DNA from: Candidatus Thorarchaeota archaeon
Lineage (GTDB): Archaea > Asgardarchaeota > Thorarchaeia > Thorarchaeales > Thorarchaeaceae
Assembly (NCBI GenBank): GCA_046482545.1
Contig: JAWOEX010000035.1
Coordinates: 1-64,000 of the forward strand
Reading direction: 5' to 3'
DNA length: 64,000 bases
Shown: piece after piece, positions 59,867 to 64,000 of the stretch
How positions within the stretch are numbered: position 1 is the stretch's first letter
Layout: the number at the start of each line of letters is the position of its first letter
Notes under the pieces: generated by a model
The model's database searches: none
The model's input: only the letters and a program-made list of their open reading frames with translations
Told to the model about the DNA's origin: nothing
Program-made: the position numbers and the translations under genes

Positions 59867-60922
59867 ATGTCTACAGGCATCTTCTACCATCCAGTATATG
59901 AGAAACATGTTCTAAGCCCGGGTCACCCAGAAAGACCTGAACGTGTAAAGGCCGCAATTGACCGCTTAGAAAGCGAATCCCTATTGGGCAAGGACAAAGC
60001 AAATCTTGTCAAACCGTCCAGAATAGATTTGGATTCTGTTTACAATATACACGATAAAGAGTACATTATGAATCTCAAGCGGAAATCCGGTCATGGTAGA
60101 GGGTGGTTCACACTTGACACTTCAGTCAATGAATATACATATCAAGCGGCTTTACTAGCCGCTGGGGGAGGAATTGATGCAGTAAAGGGAGTACTTGATG
60201 AATCGTACAAAAATGCATACGTAGTCTGTAGACCCCCGGGACATCATGCAGAACATGCGCGCGCGATGGGCTTCTGTTACATAAACAATATCGCTGTAGC
60301 TGCAAGCTATCTAGTTACTGAAAGGGGAATTAACAGGGTGTTAATATTGGATTATGACGCTCATCATGGTAATGGCACACAGAACGCTTTCTATTCTGAT
60401 GACAGGATTCTATACATCGGCATTCATCAAGATGGGAGAACTCTCTTCCCTGGCTCGGGTTTCCCAGAAGAACTTGGGCGGGGTAAGGGAGAAGGCTATA
60501 ATGTCAATCTCCCCGTGTATCCTGGGAGTGGAGACCAATCCTATTCGGTTGCCTTTGAGGGTGTGATTAATGACCTATTCGAAGTATACCGCCCAGAATT
60601 CCTTCTAGTTTCAGCAGGATTCGACTGCCATTACAAAGACAGATTGACTAACCTTGGCCTTACCCTGTCAGGAATTGCTGATATCAACTCAAGACTAGTG
60701 ACACTCGCCCGAAAATATACCGGGGGGCGCATTGTCTACTTTCTGGAAGGTGGTTATGAGCTAGATGTTATTGGAAGCGTGTCTTGCAATTTGGTGAGAG
60801 AACTGCTCAGATTTGAGGTAACACCAATGGAAGAAAGACACCAAGAAAAGGAAAAAACTATCAATTATACAAAAACACTAGTCAAAAATGTCAGAGATAG
60901 TCTAAAGGGATTACTATTCTAA
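59867..60922 (+). CDS. Histone deacetylase family protein
   Basis: HPERPER, RPPGHHA, GFC, DYDAHHGNGTQ, SAGFD, LEGGY. Confidence 0.95.
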   Translation: MSTGIFYHPVYEKHVLSPGHPERPERVKAAIDRLESESLLGKDKANLVKPSRIDLDSVYNIHDKEYIMNLKRKSGHGRGWFTLDTSVNEYTYQAALLAAGGGIDAVKGVLDESYKNAYVVCRPPGHHAEHARAMGFCYINNIAVAASYLVTERGINRVLILDYDAHHGNGTQNAFYSDDRILYIGIHQDGRTLFPGSGFPEELGRGKGEGYNVNLPVYPGSGDQSYSVAFEGVINDLFEVYRPEFLLVSAGFDCHYKDRLTNLGLTLSGIADINSRLVTLARKYTGGRIVYFLEGGYELDVIGSVSCNLVRELLRFEVTPMEERHQEKEKTINYTKTLVKNVRDSLKGLLF

Positions 60923-60972
60923 TAGTAGATCCTTCACTGAACATTGTGATTATTCAGTATGAATGATGTGGT

Positions 60973-63900
60973 TCAACTCTGTGCTCTCTTAACCTTTCCT
61001 TCGCGAGGATTAAAGAGGATTCCTTCAGCTATGAGTTTCTCCATTACTTCCATAGCGCGCTCCCTTGAAAGGCCCATTTCTGAGACTCTTTGAAGTAACG
61101 CTTCTTCGCTAATAGTTGATGAGCCCTCTGACTCCAAATCTTTCATAGCCTTGAGGATTATGTCTGAAGAACTCCGCTGGGCCGCACTCATCGTTGATAC
61201 AAGCCGGTCGATGTCGATTTTTCCAGTAATGCTGTCTAGAGCTACCATACGAAGTGATTCTTCCATTAGGCGAACTGCAGCTTGAGCATCTTCTTTTGTC
61301 ACCTTAGATCTTAAACCCATCTTTGCTCTGGCCTCAGCCAGCCGGACAAGCGATTCAAGCTGACGTGCCGTAATTGGAACCGGGGCGTCGCCGCCTTGTG
61401 CACTTTTTCGAAGGTCAACATAAAAATTCTCAATAACTTCAGCAGCCTCTGCGGTTAGTCTTGGAATTACATATCTATTTGCGTAGCCAATGTATTTCCG
61501 TAGAAATTCGGGATCGATGGGTGGAACACCTTCTTGACTTTTCGTCTTCTTGAGTTGGTGCATTCCCAATATGAACTGTGCAAGTTCGCGATCCTGCTCT
61601 GCTTCTACTGTGTCTACAAGAATCCATAACAAGTCAAATCTCGATAGAATTGTGAAAGGTAACTTGATGTTGTCCTGAACTGAAAGTGAAGGTTCATACC
61701 TACCAAGTGATGGATTTGCGGCTGCAAGTATCGAGGTTCGAGCATTCAATGTGGCTACAATACCGGCTTTTGCGATGCTAACAGTATTGTGAAGAACTAA
61801 ACCTTGTGATATGAAACTCCTTGTTGGCTCCACGGTTATATCGTATACCCAATCCGTTTTGTACTTTCCACTATTCGGAACCTTTTCGATTGATTTTACT
61901 TGCAACCATCTAAAGGAACATAATTTTTCCAAATAATCGATTTTATTCTTAATTTGACGTAAATGGAAAGTATATCCGTGTTCCAATTTTGATAAGGCTT
62001 GTAATCGTCGTTCATCAGAGTAGCCCCCTCGTTCGTAGTAGTCAATGGTTCCTCTTGTTGTTCCTGCAATTTGTGCAATTCGGCTCTGGGTGTAACCTGC
62101 TAGTTTTCTTAGCCGCCTAACATCTGAACCAACTTGAAGACCCAGCAGCTCTTTGTAATTCTCTTTCAAGATTTTGAGATAGTCTTCAACGACTTCAATG
62201 TTAATACTATAATCATACTCAATATGCTGATACAAATAGCCATCACAATTAAGCCCCATTGCTCTAAGACAGTCTTTGATAGTATTTGCTACTTGACCTG
62301 GCAAATTGTCTCGCTTACGATTGGTTCGTTTACTTCTCAAAATCAGCTTGTTGAGTTTGAACCTATATTTTTTCAATTTGTCATTTTTGTTCCCAGAGAT
62401 TATCACCGAGGCGAAGTTTTCGAGACTATCCCCCCTAATATACACTTTATAGCGGGAACGAGATTTTTTTCCATTGCTGTACTCATACTCTTCATTGTGT
62501 ATTCGAGTGTGTATTCCAAGAGTTAGTAGTAGATTTTGATAGTCATGGGCAAGACCCTTAGAATTCGTAGAATATGCACAGGTTTCCGTTTCTATTGAGC
62601 CATTTCCACTGAATGCAGCATTAAGGAAAGCTATTCGAATCTCTTCTGGACAAGCAAATAGTAGCCTCGGTATTCGTTTCTCATAACTGTTTCTCATCAA
62701 GTTGGTAAAATTAGATTCTAAGTAGTCAAACAAGCTGCGAGAAATAATTCGTATAGTTCTGTTTTCTTCAGTACAGTCCAAGGGTTCTATATGAAAAGCA
62801 GATTCTATAACATCAATCATATGAGAAATAATGGTTGGTTCACCATTACTCAATCCAATCTCAGCAGCAGACCCGTCATAGGAACATCCCTCTGTAGCTA
62901 GGTATCCCAAGAAATATGCTAAAGAGGGCGTAATAGTATCTGGAAGATGAACAGGTTTGTGACCAGAATCAAAATCCACATCAAGAGAGATTTCATCAGC
63001 CTCATAGAATACTTCTCTAGGAGATGGTACAAACTCACCCACACTTAGTTGTGAGGCATTAACAGTAGTAATTCCAAAATCATAGACGAACATGGGATGT
63101 TCTGGTGTTACAAGTACAGATCGCCCATTGGAAAACCGGATTTTGTAGAAATAATCTGGTGCTTTATGACGGCTCAATCGATTGATATTAATGGGTTTGA
63201 GTACCTCGAAATCAGTTGATAATATAGGAATACTCTCAGAAAGGGGTAGGATCTCACAGTTAACTCCATCCACTATTCTTTCATGATTTTGTTCAAATCT
63301 CTTATCTACAAATTCACCTATATTGACCAGAGTACCATTTGCAAGAGTAATTTCAGTAGAGGGATGGTAAGAATGCTGTTCCATCGCCTCATGAATTGCT
63401 GTTCTATCATTTGGATCCATTTTGTCAAACTCGTCAATACATGCAATTCCTTGATCAGCCAAGACCAAGGCTCCTGCTTCCAAGGTCATAGCGCCAGTAT
63501 CAGTATCATGAACAACGGCAGCCGTTAGTCCAGCTGCACTCGTACCTTTTCCGGATGTGTAGAGGCTTCGTGATGCCAAGCTTGAAACAAATTTCAATAT
63601 TTGGCTCTTGCCAGTGCCTGGGTCACCAATCATAAGAATATTCGATTTCCCTCTTAGTCGTGTTCCGTCAGGAAGAGTCTTGCCAACACCACCAAACAGG
63701 AGGAGCGCAATTGATTCTTTGATACGTTCATGCCCGTGGATAGACGGAGCAATTGAAGCATAAATCCTCTCATGGACGTATGGGTCTTCCGCCAAATCCC
63801 TAATTCTGTTTTCATCTTCTTCGGTGATATCCACTTGCTCATATTCTTTCTCTGCTATTTCGATACCAACAGCATCAATATGGACATTGAATGTCGCTAG

Positions 63901-64000
63901 ACGGCCTCGGCGCCTTGAAAAATCGGGGGAAGTCTGAAGGATGCCAGTTATCCTGACCAAATCTCCAGGCCTCGATAAGTCGACAATATCACCCTCCAAT
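60973..64000 (-). CDS. mcm: MCM replicative helicase (5' end outside the window), contains an intein
   Basis: GDPGTGKS, IDEFDKM, AAANP, SRFDL, TARQLESLVRL. Confidence 0.97.
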   Translation of the reverse strand, partial: LEGDIVDLSRPGDLVRITGILQTSPDFSRRRGRLATFNVHIDAVGIEIAEKEYEQVDITEEDENRIRDLAEDPYVHERIYASIAPSIHGHERIKESIALLLFGGVGKTLPDGTRLRGKSNILMIGDPGTGKSQILKFVSSLASRSLYTSGKGTSAAGLTAAVVHDTDTGAMTLEAGALVLADQGIACIDEFDKMDPNDRTAIHEAMEQHSYHPSTEITLANGTLVNIGEFVDKRFEQNHERIVDGVNCEILPLSESIPILSTDFEVLKPININRLSRHKAPDYFYKIRFSNGRSVLVTPEHPMFVYDFGITTVNASQLSVGEFVPSPREVFYEADEISLDVDFDSGHKPVHLPDTITPSLAYFLGYLATEGCSYDGSAAEIGLSNGEPTIISHMIDVIESAFHIEPLDCTEENRTIRIISRSLFDYLESNFTNLMRNSYEKRIPRLLFACPEEIRIAFLNAAFSGNGSIETETCAYSTNSKGLAHDYQNLLLTLGIHTRIHNEEYEYSNGKKSRSRYKVYIRGDSLENFASVIISGNKNDKLKKYRFKLNKLILRSKRTNRKRDNLPGQVANTIKDCLRAMGLNCDGYLYQHIEYDYSINIEVVEDYLKILKENYKELLGLQVGSDVRRLRKLAGYTQSRIAQIAGTTRGTIDYYERGGYSDERRLQALSKLEHGYTFHLRQIKNKIDYLEKLCSFRWLQVKSIEKVPNSGKYKTDWVYDITVEPTRSFISQGLVLHNTVSIAKAGIVATLNARTSILAAANPSLGRYEPSLSVQDNIKLPFTILSRFDLLWILVDTVEAEQDRELAQFILGMHQLKKTKSQEGVPPIDPEFLRKYIGYANRYVIPRLTAEAAEVIENFYVDLRKSAQGGDAPVPITARQLESLVRLAEARAKMGLRSKVTKEDAQAAVRLMEESLRMVALDSITGKIDIDRLVSTMSAAQRSSSDIILKAMKDLESEGSSTISEEALLQRVSEMGLSRERAMEVMEKLIAEGILFNPREGKVKRAQS
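61786..63372 (-). mobile_element. 529-aa intein in MCM with LAGLIDADG domain and an XRE-type HTH
   Basis: AMEQH|SYHP...; block B VTPEHP; ends VYDITV...LVLHN|TVSIAKAG. Confidence 0.93.

Overview
Archaeal chromosomal window, most likely an Asgard archaeon. Thorarchaeia is plausible but inferred only from gene style, such as a roadblock/DENN-like/small GTPase operon. Positions ~12-64 kb are mostly core genes. These include an hdrCBA-A/mvhD operon with an extra wHTH-ferredoxin gene, a csl4-rpo11-tfs-RPA3-like-pcna-priS-gins cluster, orc1/cdc6 with ORB-like boxes, PolD DP1, eS1, uS15, KEOPS genes, Sm, nurA-herA, pyrG, a GPN GTPase, Trm11, an HDAC and an intein-containing MCM. Three tRNAs (Ser, Leu, Pro) each carry a BHB intron at a non-canonical position. 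The first ~11 kb is accessory and holds the most interesting material. (1) A solo TnpB-family nuclease has a Fanzor-type rearranged RuvC site, and its low-complexity C-terminal tail overlaps a ~430-nt putative omega-RNA; three more protein-less or deleted copies of this RNA end are scattered through the window. (2) A 1963-aa protein has a RecB-like PD-(D/E)XK nuclease motif and a degenerate P-loop-like domain. (3) Directly downstream are two diverged copies of a ~230-nt structured ncRNA that I do not recognise. Each copy has its own promoter and pyrimidine terminator, closed ends, structure-preserving substitutions and a predicted kissing-loop. All calls come from reading the sequence by eye; no searches were run.
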